Under the pieces are notes generated by a model. That model made no database searches. It saw only the letters and a list, made by a program, of their open reading frames with translations, and was not told the origin of the DNA. The translations under genes and the position numbers were made by a program. A DNA stretch of 64,000 nucleotides. Origin: Candidatus Curtissbacteria bacterium. GTDB taxonomy: Bacteria; Patescibacteriota; Microgenomatia; Curtissbacterales; GWA2-41-24. Positions 48,911 through 58,134 of this stretch are shown here, piece by piece. Each line of letters starts with the position of its first letter. Position 1 is the stretch's first letter. Location: positions 264,927 through 328,926 of the forward strand of contig JAUSJC010000010.1 in NCBI GenBank assembly GCA_030647775.1, read 5' to 3'.

Positions 48911-50662
48911 GTGAAGTTTTGGCCCAATCCCCATTTTTTATCGATATTTGCTCTCCTTTTTTTCTCAGTCTTCGCGCTTAAAAGCTTGAGTACTTCCGGA
49001 TTCTATACTAGCCATGATGGAGAAACCCATACGGCCAGAATTGCCCAATACTTTATAGCACTTTCAGACTGGCAAATTCCCCCGCGCCATGCCGCCTCAT
49101 TCTATAGTGGACTTGGCAGTCCGATTTTTGTCTACATTTATCCTCTTCCGTACCTACTGGGATCGGCAGTCCACGTGCTGGGTTTTTCTTTCGCAAATTC
49201 ATTCAAGATAATAATGGCACTGGGTTTCGTCATGTCGCAAGTTTTTGCCTATCTTTGGTTTTTCGAGTTTTTTAAAAGCCAAAAAGCAGCTTTTCTGGGG
49301 GCTCTATTTTATGTATGGGTACCTTACAGGCTTTCCCTGGTTTATGTTCGGGGGTCTCTTTCCGAACTTCTTGCTTATACTTTTCTGCCTCTGGCATTTT
49401 ATGCTCTCACAAAATTATCAAAACAAAAAAATCCTCTTTGGATTGCCATAAGCGCCGTTTCTATCTCCTTGATTCTCCTGTCACAAAATCTCGTTGCGGC
49501 AATTACACTGCCTGTAATTTTTGCCTACGTCATTATCCTTAGTATTTTTGAAAAATCAATCAAATATTTAGCTTTGGCTTCAATCGCTTTTTTGTGGGGA
49601 TTGGCGCTGTCGCTAGTTACCTACTTGCCGTCACTTTTTGAAATAAAATTTACGAGATTTAGCGAAACCATTCCGCTTGCCTATGCCAACCACTTTATTA
49701 CCCTAAAACAGCTCATCAGTTCGCCTTGGGGTTATGGTTTCGACCTGGATGGAAGCGCCGCCGATGCGATGTCTTTTCAGATAGGCCTTGCGCACATCCT
49801 GATTTTAGGTACCGCCATTTTTCTGTGTACATACTTTTTTGTCAAAAAATTCCCTTTCGTTAAGAAAATTGGCCGGGTTTTTGTGCGCGAGGTAGAAGCG
49901 AAATCCCAAGCTGTTGCCATTTTTTTCATTGCCGCCTTTCTAATCAGCGTCGTTTTGATGCTCGACATTAAAGCGACTAGATCAATCTGGAACGATTTTA
50001 AACCACTCCACACAATTGATATCCCCTGGAGATTTTTAGGTATCTCCTCACTCGCCACTGCTTTCTTGGCGGCATTCGTTTCTAAAACCGTTAAAAGCGG
50101 ATTGATATTTATTTTGGCAATTTTGGCGGTAGTTATTGCAAACAGAAATAACCTAAGAATCAATGAACCGGTTTTTTATAGTGACAGCCATTTTTTAAAC
50201 TATACCGGGAGTGCCACCCAATACGGTGAATTTACGCCGGTCTGGAGACAGACGACGAGGGTGCCCATCGGCATTGACCCCGGCAGCAAAATTCGTTCAA
50301 TCCCGCAAACAGTCGATATAATAGGCCTTGTCGCTTCGTCCCAAAAAATCACTTTCGATGCCGATGTTCTTTCCCAAACAGCCGAAGTTAGAATCAATAA
50401 GTTCTATTTTCCCGATACCGATGTTAAGGTTGACGGCAAAAAATTAAAGCCGTTTTCGGATTTTTCAATTACCGGTTCGACTAGCTTGGTTATTGATAAG
50501 GACGAAGACGGATCAGGCATGCTTCTTATAAAACTGGCAAAAGGCCTCCACCATATCGATGTAGCCTACAAAGAAACTACCCTTAGGTTATTTGCCGACA
50601 TTCTCTCTCTTGTGGCTTTCGTCGCGGCTCTTTTCGTCATTGTCAAATATGCTAAAAAATAA
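48911..50662 (+). CDS. YfhO-superfamily-like polytopic membrane protein (paralog of 27754 and 34900)
   Basis: GFYTSHDGETHTARIAQY...SPIFVYIYPLPYLL. A C-terminal beta domain and a final TM are present. Confidence 0.55.
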   Translation: MKFWPNPHFLSIFALLFFSVFALKSLSTSGFYTSHDGETHTARIAQYFIALSDWQIPPRHAASFYSGLGSPIFVYIYPLPYLLGSAVHVLGFSFANSFKIIMALGFVMSQVFAYLWFFEFFKSQKAAFLGALFYVWVPYRLSLVYVRGSLSELLAYTFLPLAFYALTKLSKQKNPLWIAISAVSISLILLSQNLVAAITLPVIFAYVIILSIFEKSIKYLALASIAFLWGLALSLVTYLPSLFEIKFTRFSETIPLAYANHFITLKQLISSPWGYGFDLDGSAADAMSFQIGLAHILILGTAIFLCTYFFVKKFPFVKKIGRVFVREVEAKSQAVAIFFIAAFLISVVLMLDIKATRSIWNDFKPLHTIDIPWRFLGISSLATAFLAAFVSKTVKSGLIFILAILAVVIANRNNLRINEPVFYSDSHFLNYTGSATQYGEFTPVWRQTTRVPIGIDPGSKIRSIPQTVDIIGLVASSQKITFDADVLSQTAEVRINKFYFPDTDVKVDGKKLKPFSDFSITGSTSLVIDKDEDGSGMLLIKLAKGLHHIDVAYKETTLRLFADILSLVAFVAALFVIVKYAKK

Positions 50663-52274
50663 TCTATTACTCGTCATAATTATTGCTCTATCAATAGCCC
50701 TTCGTTTTTACCAGCTTGGCCAAAATCCGCCGGCATTGGATTGGGATGAAACCGCTCATGGCTATAACGCTTACAGTCTATTAAAAACAGGCCGCGACGA
50801 ATATGGTTATAAATTGCCGCTGTCAATAAGGTCATTTGACGACTATAAACCGCCGCTTTATACATACCTCGTAGTTCCGTCGGTTGCCGTCTTCGGCATT
50901 AATGATTTCGCTGTCCGCTTTCCGTCTGCTTTTCTTGGGGTTTTGGCAGTCTTTTTCACTTACCTGATGGTTTTTGAACTTTTCAAAAACAAAAATATTG
51001 CTCTTCTTGCCGCATTATTCTTAGCTATTTCTCCATGGCACGTTCAATTTTCAAGAGTCGCCTTTGAGACAAATAGTGCAACTTTTTGGTCGGTGCTTGG
51101 CACCTGGGCGTATTTAAAAGGCATGGATTCCAAAGGTAAAAAAATCACATTGTGGCTGTCACTAGCGGCAATAGCATTCGGTGCCAATCTCTACATGTAC
51201 CATAATGCCCGGGTTTTTATACCAATTTACTCACTCGCTCTTGTAATCCTTTTTCGGAAATTTATTCAAAAGAATATAAAATATATTATTCCTCCTCTCT
51301 TAATTTTCGCGATATTTATTGTATTTTTGATACCCATCATTTTCTCAATTTCCGGCCAGCTTAGATTCAAAGGTACCACAATTTTTTCCGACGTTTCTCC
51401 GCAGTTTCATGCCTCAGGCCTAATCGTCCAGGATGAAAAAGCCGGACTTGGAACCGTTGGCAAAATCTTGCATAACCGCCGCTTTGTCTACGTGCCTATT
51501 TTAATTGATAATTACCTTTCACATTTTCGCCCGACATTCCTTTTTATAACTGCCGATATGGAAAGGCATCACGCCCCCCAAATCGGTCTTTTATATTTTT
51601 GGGACCTGCCGTTTATTGTTGCCGGTATTTACTTTTTAATAAAAAACAAATTCGTTGCGTCTTCCAAAATTATCGTTTTATGGTGGTTTTTGATTTCTCC
51701 GGTAGCAGCCTCCGTAACTTGGGGAGTACCGCATTCTCTAAGGAGCGAGATTTTTCTGCCCACTTTCCAGATCTTTGCGGCAATTGGTGTTTATACCCTT
51801 TACACTTACTCAAAAAGGAAAAAACTCTTCGCAATCTTGGCGGCTATTACTCTTTTGGCCAATTTCACCTTTTATCTTCATCAATATTATGTTCATATGC
51901 CGTACGATTTTTCTAAATATTGGCTTTATGGCAGAAAAGAAGCAATAGAGTACACCGAAGCAAATAAAAATAAATACCAGCAAGTCATTGTTTCCACCAA
52001 GTTGGAACAGCCGCATGAGTTCTGGCTTTATTATTCAAAATACGACCCGGTTAAATATCTTTCAGAAGGTGGAACCGTTTCTGGCGGATTTTTAGAAGAT
52101 AGAAATAAATTCGATAAATATTTGTTCAAACCTATCGATTTTGCCAAGCAAAATGAAGAAGCAAAAACCCTATTCGTTGGCACGCCCAAAGAATTCCCTC
52201 CCGGTGTAAATATCCTAAAGCAAATAAATTATCTAAATGGCGAGCCGGCTATTTATATTATAGGCAATGACTAA
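50649..52274 (+). CDS. ArnT/PMT-family (GT39/GT83-like) GT-C glycosyltransferase, array paralog 1
   Basis: LRFYQLGQNPPALDWDETAHGYNAYS carries the D-E loop motif. Also YKPPLY and SPWHVQFSR. Confidence 0.75.
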   Translation: MLKNNLLLVIIIALSIALRFYQLGQNPPALDWDETAHGYNAYSLLKTGRDEYGYKLPLSIRSFDDYKPPLYTYLVVPSVAVFGINDFAVRFPSAFLGVLAVFFTYLMVFELFKNKNIALLAALFLAISPWHVQFSRVAFETNSATFWSVLGTWAYLKGMDSKGKKITLWLSLAAIAFGANLYMYHNARVFIPIYSLALVILFRKFIQKNIKYIIPPLLIFAIFIVFLIPIIFSISGQLRFKGTTIFSDVSPQFHASGLIVQDEKAGLGTVGKILHNRRFVYVPILIDNYLSHFRPTFLFITADMERHHAPQIGLLYFWDLPFIVAGIYFLIKNKFVASSKIIVLWWFLISPVAASVTWGVPHSLRSEIFLPTFQIFAAIGVYTLYTYSKRKKLFAILAAITLLANFTFYLHQYYVHMPYDFSKYWLYGRKEAIEYTEANKNKYQQVIVSTKLEQPHEFWLYYSKYDPVKYLSEGGTVSGGFLEDRNKFDKYLFKPIDFAKQNEEAKTLFVGTPKEFPPGVNILKQINYLNGEPAIYIIGND

Positions 52275-53865
52275 AAAATATCTGCTGGTAATAATCATTC
52301 TCGCCGCATTTTTGCGATTTTATAAACTTGCCTCCTTTCCTGTTTCTCTTTACTGGGACGAAGCGGCAATCGGCTATAATGCTTTTTCCATTGCCAAAAC
52401 CGGCCACGATGAGTATGGAAGAAAATTCCCTCTCCTTTTTCAGTCATTCAACGATTACAAACTACCGGGCTATATTTATACCGACTCCATTTTTATAAAA
52501 GTTTTCGATTTGTCGGAGTTTTGGGTTAGATTCCCGTCGGCGCTTTTTGGAACGTTTGCCGTTTTGTTAATTTACTTGTTGAATCGTAAAATTTTTAATG
52601 AAAATATAGCTCTTGCCTCCGCATTTTTGCTGGCAATTTCCCCTTGGCATTTACAATTTTCCCGGGCCGCTTTTGAAGCAAATGCGGCTTTGACCTTGGT
52701 CGTTTTGGGAATCGTCCTAATTTTTTACGGGTTCAGAAATAAAATAGCGGCTATGCTTTCACTGCCAATTTTGTTTTTATCATTTTATTTCTATCATTCT
52801 CCAAGAATCTTTGTTCCTGCTATCCTGCTTACGATAGCTTTTTTATACCGCAAAGAAATTGCCAAAAACGCAAAAGCATATATTGTCGGTTTGGTTGTTG
52901 GTGCAATATTGATTATCCCGATTTTAGTCCAAATTGTTTCGCCTCAAGGCATGAAGCGGGTAGGAGAGGTAAGCCTTTTTTCAGACCGGTCAATAATCGA
53001 ACCGTATGTTCTTATCAGAGAATCGGTAAACATCCCTTCATCTGCAATTTTCTTAAACCGCAGAATTCCGCTTGCGTTTGAAATACTTCATAGTTACTTT
53101 TCGCATTTTTCACCAGGGTTCTTATTTTTCGGTGACGATCCAAACCCAAGGCAAAAATCGGCCCTCCACGGCAATCTTTATTTGGTTGAAATCCCGCTTC
53201 TTTTGGCGGGCTTATGGATGCTGTTAAAACAAAAAGACAACAAATCTAAACTCTTCATCGTCGCTTGGCTTTTAGTTGCTCCTATCCCGGCGGGTTTAGC
53301 TAGAGAATTCCCGCATTCCTTGCGCGCGCTTTTAATGCTTCCTGCACTTGTCACCCTATCCGCCATAGGTTTTACCTCTGCCTTCAGGATCAAGTTCGCG
53401 AAATTAATAATCCCGATAGTCTTTTCGCTTTCAATAATCAATTATTTATTCACTTATTACGTGGTATCCCCGCAAACGAGTAGCGCCTCTTGGGCATATG
53501 GTTATGAGCAAGCCTTTGTCAAAGTCGCCGCACTTGAGGGGGATTACGATCGGGTTATTTTCACCGGCAACTACTGGAAACCATATATTTTCTATCTTTT
53601 TTATAATAAAGTTGATCCCGGCATCTTTGCCAAAAGCCGCAGCGAAACGGAATTGGGTAAGTACAGATTCGGCGTGGCCGCTTGGGATGGCGGCAAAAAT
53701 TTTGACAACACGAGGGTTGAAGAACTCAAATCTGGCAAAACCCTTGTCGTACTTTCGCCCCAGGAGTTTTCAACTCTTATGTCTGGAGAAAAACTTAAAT
53801 CACTTCAAACGATTTACGATTTCGCCGGTACCAACGAAATATTTAAGATAGGGCAGTGGCAATGA
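52267..53865 (+). CDS. ArnT/PMT-family GT-C glycosyltransferase, array paralog 2
   Basis: LRFYKLASFPVSLYWDEAAIGYNAFS and SPWHLQFSR. Confidence 0.75.
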   Translation: MTKKYLLVIIILAAFLRFYKLASFPVSLYWDEAAIGYNAFSIAKTGHDEYGRKFPLLFQSFNDYKLPGYIYTDSIFIKVFDLSEFWVRFPSALFGTFAVLLIYLLNRKIFNENIALASAFLLAISPWHLQFSRAAFEANAALTLVVLGIVLIFYGFRNKIAAMLSLPILFLSFYFYHSPRIFVPAILLTIAFLYRKEIAKNAKAYIVGLVVGAILIIPILVQIVSPQGMKRVGEVSLFSDRSIIEPYVLIRESVNIPSSAIFLNRRIPLAFEILHSYFSHFSPGFLFFGDDPNPRQKSALHGNLYLVEIPLLLAGLWMLLKQKDNKSKLFIVAWLLVAPIPAGLAREFPHSLRALLMLPALVTLSAIGFTSAFRIKFAKLIIPIVFSLSIINYLFTYYVVSPQTSSASWAYGYEQAFVKVAALEGDYDRVIFTGNYWKPYIFYLFYNKVDPGIFAKSRSETELGKYRFGVAAWDGGKNFDNTRVEELKSGKTLVVLSPQEFSTLMSGEKLKSLQTIYDFAGTNEIFKIGQWQ

Positions 53866-55646
53866 CTAAAAACAAGCTTTTTATTCGCAGAAAAGCTCTG
53901 CTTATTCGCAGAAAAGCTCTGCTTATTCGCAGAAAAGCTCTGCTTATTCGCAGAAAAGCTCTGCTTATTCGCAGAAAAGCTCTGCTTATTCGCAGAAAAG
54001 CTCTGCTTATTCGCAGAAAAGCTTTGCTTAATTCGAGCACCACGAGAATCAAGGTTCTGAGTAAAACTCAGGTTCTTCTTTTTCTCGCAATTGCCATTTT
54101 ATCCTTTGGTCTAAGATTTTATAATCTTTCGGAAAATCCTCCGGGCCTTTATTGGGATGAGGCGGCCTTTGGTTACAACGCTTATTCAATTTTAAAAACA
54201 GGGCACGATGAACATGGGCGCTTTTTGCCATTATTTTTTGAAAGCTTTGGGGACTGGAAACTACCGGGCTATTTCTATCTCCTTGTTCCGTCAATAAAAC
54301 TTTTTGGCCTGTCAGAATTATCGGTACGCTTCCCTTCTGCCTTACTTGGTTCACTGGCGCCGCTTATTTTCTTTCTGCTTATCAAAAAAATTACCAAAAA
54401 TACAAACCTGGCCTTGACGAGTATGTTTTTTCTGGCAATTTCCCCCTGGCATATCCAGTTCTCAAGGTCTGGTTTTGAGTCTACTCCAAGTCTTTTCTTC
54501 GTTGTTTCTGGCGTCTATCTGATGCTTTTAGGGATCGAGACAAAGAAAATATCAATACTTTCTTTGTCTTTTTTTCTTTTTGTTCTTTCAATCTACACAT
54601 ACCATGCTTCCCGAATTTTTGTTCCGCTTCTGGTTATTTCAATAATTCTTACAAACTTGAAGTGGATTAAGCAAAATATTAAACTTTGGGCTTTTCCAGC
54701 CCTCATCGGGCTAATTTTGTTGATTCCGATGATTATATTCACCCTTTCCCCAAATGGTAGAAGCAGGGCAATTTCCGAGTCGGCTTTTAAAGAAGATGAT
54801 CGCCAAACTGCCCGCCTAAACTTTGACCAGAAGTCCAAAAAACCCTTGCGCTTCTTGTCCGGGTATCTTTTCAATCCTCCTGCTTATTATACGCAAGTTG
54901 TGCTTATCGGGTACTTGAATCATTTTTCCCCGACCTTCCTTTTTATAAACGGTGACCAGATAGGCCGCCATTCCCAAGTCGATATGGGGCAAATTTATCT
55001 GTTTGATGCTATCTTTTTATTTCTGTCCTTCTCCGCTTATAAAAAACTTAAAGGAGACGGCAAAAAAATAATGCTTTTTTGGCTGCTGCTTGCACCAATT
55101 CCGGCTAGCTTTGTCACCCCGACGCCCCATGCTCAAAGAGCCCTTCAGATGTCCATACCCCTGGCTTTTCTCTCAAGCCTCGGGGCTTATTATTTTTTCT
55201 CGGCCAAAAAACTAATTGTTATTAAAATTCTTCTTGCCGGAGTTGTGATATTTTCCTTTGCCGTTTTTATCCACCTCTTATTTGTTCACTATCCTAAAAA
55301 GTTTGCTGCCGATTGGCAGGACGGCTATAGGCAAATGGTTCAAGAGGTCAAAAAATACCAAGATGACTATCCAAAAGTATACATAACCAATATAAACAAT
55401 GTCCCCTATATTTATTTACTTCTTTACTTGCCATACGATCCAGAAAAATTTGTCAAAGAAAATAGCACCAAGGGCGCTTTTGGCAAGTATGTTTTTATTG
55501 ACCCAAATTACAATATATATAATAAAGGAAGAGTTCTTTATGTTGCACCCTCATGGCAAAAAGAAGACGGCGAAAGGCTTTCTACCGTCAATGATTCTTC
55601 CGGCAGGCATATTTATTCACTTTGGGATATAGGGGGTAAAAATTAA
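53856..55646 (+). CDS. ArnT/PMT-family GT-C glycosyltransferase, array paralog 3, with a repeat-encoded basic N-terminal extension
   Basis: GTG start, then (IRRKALL)x7, then LRFYNLSENPPGLYWDEAAFGYNAYS and SPWHIQFSR. No canonical start codon lies between the repeat and the first TM helix. Confidence 0.7.
   Translation: MAMTKNKLFIRRKALLIRRKALLIRRKALLIRRKALLIRRKALLIRRKALLIRRKALLNSSTTRIKVLSKTQVLLFLAIAILSFGLRFYNLSENPPGLYWDEAAFGYNAYSILKTGHDEHGRFLPLFFESFGDWKLPGYFYLLVPSIKLFGLSELSVRFPSALLGSLAPLIFFLLIKKITKNTNLALTSMFFLAISPWHIQFSRSGFESTPSLFFVVSGVYLMLLGIETKKISILSLSFFLFVLSIYTYHASRIFVPLLVISIILTNLKWIKQNIKLWAFPALIGLILLIPMIIFTLSPNGRSRAISESAFKEDDRQTARLNFDQKSKKPLRFLSGYLFNPPAYYTQVVLIGYLNHFSPTFLFINGDQIGRHSQVDMGQIYLFDAIFLFLSFSAYKKLKGDGKKIMLFWLLLAPIPASFVTPTPHAQRALQMSIPLAFLSSLGAYYFFSAKKLIVIKILLAGVVIFSFAVFIHLLFVHYPKKFAADWQDGYRQMVQEVKKYQDDYPKVYITNINNVPYIYLLLYLPYDPEKFVKENSTKGAFGKYVFIDPNYNIYNKGRVLYVAPSWQKEDGERLSTVNDSSGRHIYSLWDIGGKN
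53881..54037. repeat. 21-bp tandem repeat ttattcgcagaaaagctctgc, about 7.5 copies
   Basis: Seven full units (53881-54027; the last has a c-to-t change) plus a partial eighth. The unit is the reverse complement of the 40874 repeat unit with 2 mismatches in 21. Confidence 0.9.
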
Positions 55647-55710
55647 AAAATTAATTTTCGTCCTTTTAGCACTAACCTTTTTCTTCAGGCTTTGGCAAAC
55701 AACCGGCTGC

Positions 55711-56208
55711 GTGCATTTTAACGGTTTTTATTTTAATCCACTCTCTGTCAAGATTAATGTCGAATCCCAAACCGGTCTTGATCCTTCAGGCCAAAAGGTA
55801 ATATCAAAAATCTTTCATAATAAAATAGTTACCTTTCCGTTTGAGGCCTCAAAGTCTTTTGCAAAAACAATCGATCCGGGATTCCTCTTAGAAGTACTCG
55901 GCCCGGCGGGGTTTTTACTGCTGATTCTATCTCCGGTCGAAATTTTTAGGAGAAAAAGAAAACTGGGGTTTATCCACTTAACAGTAGTCCTGGCAGTTCT
56001 TATCTTTTCCCTAAGACCAATATCACCCAAAATCGCCTTTTGGGCCGTATCAATATCTTTTTATACCCTTTCTCTTTGGGGCATCGGTGCGGTAGTCAAG
56101 AACAAATATATTAGTTTTTTCTTTATCGTATTAATTTTTTACTCGTTGTGGTATTTTGCTATAAATTGGCAAATGCCGGCACTTTGCAATGAAATCTTTT
56201 TTAACTAA
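55711..56208 (+). CDS. Small membrane protein, paralog of 57688..58134
   Basis: HNKIVTFPFEASKSFAKTIDPGFLLEVLG aligns with HNKIGIYASEFSRCYANVFDPNFIYHTVG of the other copy. There are three C-terminal TM helices. The frame is open upstream to 55633 and encodes a signal-like KKLIFVLLALTFFF segment, but no canonical start codon is present there. Confidence 0.5.
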   Translation: MHFNGFYFNPLSVKINVESQTGLDPSGQKVISKIFHNKIVTFPFEASKSFAKTIDPGFLLEVLGPAGFLLLILSPVEIFRRKRKLGFIHLTVVLAVLIFSLRPISPKIAFWAVSISFYTLSLWGIGAVVKNKYISFFFIVLIFYSLWYFAINWQMPALCNEIFFN

Positions 56209-57691
56209 AAACGTTTTCCTCATTATTATTATGGTAATTGCGGCGGCTTTAAGGTTCTACCAGTTTGGTCAGGATCATCCCAGCCTTTTCGTTGATGAGG
56301 TGTCCAATGGCTATAACGCTTACAGCATTTTAAAAACCGGCCGCGATGAATATGGAAATTTCCTCCCGCTGGTAATTAGGTCATTCGGGGACTATAATCC
56401 GGCTCTCTCCGCATACCTATTAATCCCCTCGATTGCCGTTTTTGGTTTAAACGAAAGTGGCGTCAGGTTTCCGTCGGCACTTCTGGGCACATTGACTGTT
56501 CTTCTGACCTATTTTTTAGTTTTAAAACTCTTAAGAAATAATAAAATCGCCCTGTTTTCAAGTTTTTTTCTGGCTATTTCCCCATGGCACTTACAATTTT
56601 CCCGTTATGACCACGAAGCTAATTTTATGGTCTTTTTTGGCGTTTTAGGTATCGTACTTTTCCTGCATTCGTCAAAAAATCTTCGTTTGCTTATTGCTTC
56701 AACGCTGTCATTCGGTCTTGCCCTCAATTCTTACCAGGGTGCAAAGATTTGGATTCCTGTTCTTTTGACGGTGATCTTTCTTTTCTACCATAAAGAAGTC
56801 CTTGCCTTTAGACATAAGCTCGTTTATCCGTTTATCATCCTGTTAATATTTTGCTTTCCAATCATTTTAAACTTCAAAAGTAGTTTAATCCGCGGCCAAT
56901 CTGTGGGAATTTTGGGTACTCAAAAACCCCTAGAAACATTTATTACCGGGTATCTTTCCCACTACAATCCCAATTTTCTTTTCACTTCAGGAGACAACAT
57001 TGGCCGCCATTCGGTTCCTGGTATGGGCGAGCTTTATATTTTTGAAGCACCGTTGATTGTCTTAGGTCTCCTTTTTCTTGTTCGTCAAAAAACACGGGCC
57101 CCCAAATTCCTTCTGGCATGGCTTCTGGTTGCCGCTATCCCGCCGGCTACAGCCGTTCCTACACCCCATGCACTGCGGGGACTGACATTCATTCCGATTT
57201 GGTCGATAGTTGCCGCCTGCGGCGCAAGTGTCATCTTCTCCGCCAAAATTAAAGGCGGCGCCAAAAAGGGGTTAGTTTTTATTTTGGCAGCTGTTGCCTT
57301 TTACAATATCGTTACTTACTTCCATCTCTACTACAAACATTACCCCAAAGAAAAAGCCCCTGATTGGTCGGACGGCTATAAAGAGATGGTACAGGCCGTG
57401 GATAAGATTAAAGATGGTTATAGCTCTATCGCTATCTCTTCGTACTACGGCCATCCGTATATTTTTACGCTCTTTTACGGAAAGTACGATCCCGTTAAGT
57501 ATCAACCCCAGTCTGCTGATCAAACCAAATTTGACAAATTCGAATTTTTTGGCCCTTCATGGAAAAAGACCAAACCAGGCAAGGCTTTGGTCGTTACGCC
57601 CGAGTGGCAGGCGCATCCCGATAAAGTTTTAAAACAAATATACTCGATAAACGGCGATCTAAGATTTAATATCTCCGAAACAGAACAATGA
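56189..57691 (+). CDS. ArnT/PMT-family GT-C glycosyltransferase, array paralog 4
   Basis: LRFYQFGQDHPSLFVDEVSNGYNAYS and SPWHLQFSR. Confidence 0.75.
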   Translation: MKSFLTKNVFLIIIMVIAAALRFYQFGQDHPSLFVDEVSNGYNAYSILKTGRDEYGNFLPLVIRSFGDYNPALSAYLLIPSIAVFGLNESGVRFPSALLGTLTVLLTYFLVLKLLRNNKIALFSSFFLAISPWHLQFSRYDHEANFMVFFGVLGIVLFLHSSKNLRLLIASTLSFGLALNSYQGAKIWIPVLLTVIFLFYHKEVLAFRHKLVYPFIILLIFCFPIILNFKSSLIRGQSVGILGTQKPLETFITGYLSHYNPNFLFTSGDNIGRHSVPGMGELYIFEAPLIVLGLLFLVRQKTRAPKFLLAWLLVAAIPPATAVPTPHALRGLTFIPIWSIVAACGASVIFSAKIKGGAKKGLVFILAAVAFYNIVTYFHLYYKHYPKEKAPDWSDGYKEMVQAVDKIKDGYSSIAISSYYGHPYIFTLFYGKYDPVKYQPQSADQTKFDKFEFFGPSWKKTKPGKALVVTPEWQAHPDKVLKQIYSINGDLRFNISETEQ

Positions 57692-58134
57692 AAATCTTTT
57701 TACTAATAATATTTTCGGCAGTGATTATTTCAGTTAGGGCAAATGCCAGCCTGCCGATTTGCAATTTGGATACCGCAAAACAAGCTATTCCTCCCCGGAT
57801 TTTTGCCGAACAAACGATAGACGGTAGAGATCAAAATATCACGCTTACCAGATTTTTACACAATAAAATCGGAATTTACGCTTCGGAGTTTAGCAGGTGC
57901 TACGCAAATGTCTTCGACCCCAATTTTATATATCACACCGTTGGGATAGTCGGAATTATCACCTGGCTTTATTTTGTATACCAAATCATCCAAAGAAAAT
58001 ATTATTTTCTGCTTATTGTTCTACTTGCTTTACCTCTTCTGCCGTTTCTAAAATTTTCGCTTCTGCCAATTTTATTTGCCTACAAGCTTTTTGCTATCAT
58101 AGGACTGGGGTTTCTGCTGTCTAAACTAAAATGA
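57688..58134 (+). CDS. Small secreted/membrane protein, paralog of 55711..56208
   Basis: Signal peptide MKIFLLIIFSAVIISVRANA, the conserved HNKIGIYASEF...DPNF block, and two or three C-terminal TM helices. Confidence 0.5.
   Translation: MKIFLLIIFSAVIISVRANASLPICNLDTAKQAIPPRIFAEQTIDGRDQNITLTRFLHNKIGIYASEFSRCYANVFDPNFIYHTVGIVGIITWLYFVYQIIQRKYYFLLIVLLALPLLPFLKFSLLPILFAYKLFAIIGLGFLLSKLK

Noticed and set aside
40874-54037. Considered whether the two 21-bp repeat arrays are CRISPR arrays
   Set aside because: The repeats are perfectly tandem with no intervening spacers, and no cas genes are present.
53843-54052. Minus-strand ORF encoding (RAFLRIS)n, and the similar minus-strand ORF 40764..40976
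   Set aside because: These are antisense readings of the 21-bp tandem repeats inside well-supported plus-strand genes. They have no independent support.
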